Below, piece by piece: positions 62,825-64,000 of a stretch of DNA of 64,000 nt (positions are counted from its first letter, which is position 1; each line of letters opens with the position of its first letter). Position numbers and translations under genes: made by a program. The DNA is from Epiperipatus broadwayi (Eukaryota; Animalia; Onychophora), in contig JAQFVV010000004.1 of assembly GCA_028023455.1 (NCBI GenBank), positions 620,001-684,000 of the forward strand, read 5' to 3'. A model generated the notes under the pieces. That model ran no database searches. It was given only the letters and a program-made list of their open reading frames with translations, and was not told the origin of the DNA.

Positions 62825-62871
62825 GGCCTGGGTTCGCTTTCTGGTCAACTCATTTGACCTAGAAAAAAAAA
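62825..62871 (+). mobile_element. 3' fragment of the tRNA-Gly SINE
   Basis: ggcctgggttcgctttctggtcaactcatttgacctag(A)n. Confidence 0.6.
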
Positions 62872-63349
62872 TGGTTGTTACGAGGTCTATTTATTTCCAA
62901 AAATAGATAATGCTTGTCCTCTGATAGTTTTAGTAAACAAAATAATTAAGGTTTTTTTATATTATTTGAAAGATGATTTTAAAACAGATTTATTAATTTA
63001 AAAAAATGAATATTTCTGATATGTCACATCAAAGAAATTCTCCATTGATGGATATATATATATATACATACAACTGTAAATATTATATACTCTTCTATAC
63101 TAAGATATTTTGATGTTTAATTTAAATTTATTCTTTATTTTTATACAGACGGATACTGCATTTATATAAAAATAAACAACTACTAAAGATTCAAAAAGAT
63201 TAAATACATCTTACTTTTTATCATTAATCTGACCCCTTCTCACTCTCATACTTTTATATATAAAAATTACATAGATATTTAAAAAGTTTGGTATTTTTTG
63301 TAAATATTATGAATATATATATTATAGACTACTTTTCTCAAGTAGATAG

Positions 63350-63560
63350 CATATCTCGGAGCCCTTAGTTGGGTTGCCATTGTACCTAAATAAAAATAGT
63401 GTTGTTACACAAATGGAACCTGGGGGGAAATGCTGACAAATACCATAATAAACTAGTCATTTCAGGTATATGACATATTCTGAGCCCTAATTGGACAGCC
63501 ATTGTAACCTAAATAAAAAGCATCCAATAGTGGGTGAGAGCCATTGGTAATTTAATAAAA
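63350..63560. repeat. About 47-bp motif repeated at about 124-bp spacing, plus a partial third copy
   Basis: catat.c.gagccct.a.ttgg...gccattgta.cctaaataaaaa at about 63350 and 63474. Confidence 0.65.
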
Positions 63561-64000
63561 ATATTTCAAAATAGATCCAACAGTATTTTACCCACTTTTT
63601 ATCTCTATTTTTATATTAAATGAATACTATGTGAATATGGTCTATCAGGGCACCACTAGGTTATCTAAACCTAGACAAAGTTATATTCTATACCTACTTA
63701 CAAATGTACCAGGTTTGAACCCCTTTTGGTATCTTATTTATAACCGGATGTAGTATTTTGTATTTTAGGACCATATCACATTTTCACTAACATTAAGAAA
63801 AGCAAAAACATCCTTATGCTTTGGTTGTGCATATAAAATTCATCAAACAACATTACTACTTAGATTTTAACATCATAAATGCATTTCAACATTTTCATAA
63901 GTCTTGCTAGCTCATATCAAACACTATTGATTTATGGTGGAAGTTCATTCAGCCTTGAATGATGTGGATTATCATTATGGTGGTTATTATCTTATAATGA

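Overview
Very AT-rich (roughly three-quarters A+T by eye, CpG-poor) eukaryotic DNA, most likely from an invertebrate animal. No prokaryotic features are present. The window appears to hold a head-to-head gene pair near 5.7-5.9 kb. The + strand gene seems to run through scattered short exons to at least 62.3 kb; I could not identify it and could assemble it only in part. Its introns are filled with decayed mobile DNA: several RTE-clade LINE copies, two L1/Tx1-like LINE relics, a complete non-autonomous hAT element with TIRs and an 8-bp TSD, a second hAT relic, nine copies of a short tRNA-Gly(TCC)-derived SINE (eight with TSDs), and several Penelope-like element (PLE) families. The most striking pattern is about 20 minimal type-I hammerhead ribozyme (HHR) motifs from at least four sequence families. 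Most sit in foldback (inverted-repeat) elements of 0.2-2.5 kb whose element 3' tails point outward, with the ribozyme in the arms or in the loop. They include a 92-nt tandem HHR unit, a recurrent U3-A8 core variant, and one apparently intact HHR at 24463-24506. All structures were folded by eye and nothing was searched against databases. Element boundaries are approximate unless a TSD or TIR is quoted, and exon calls are provisional.
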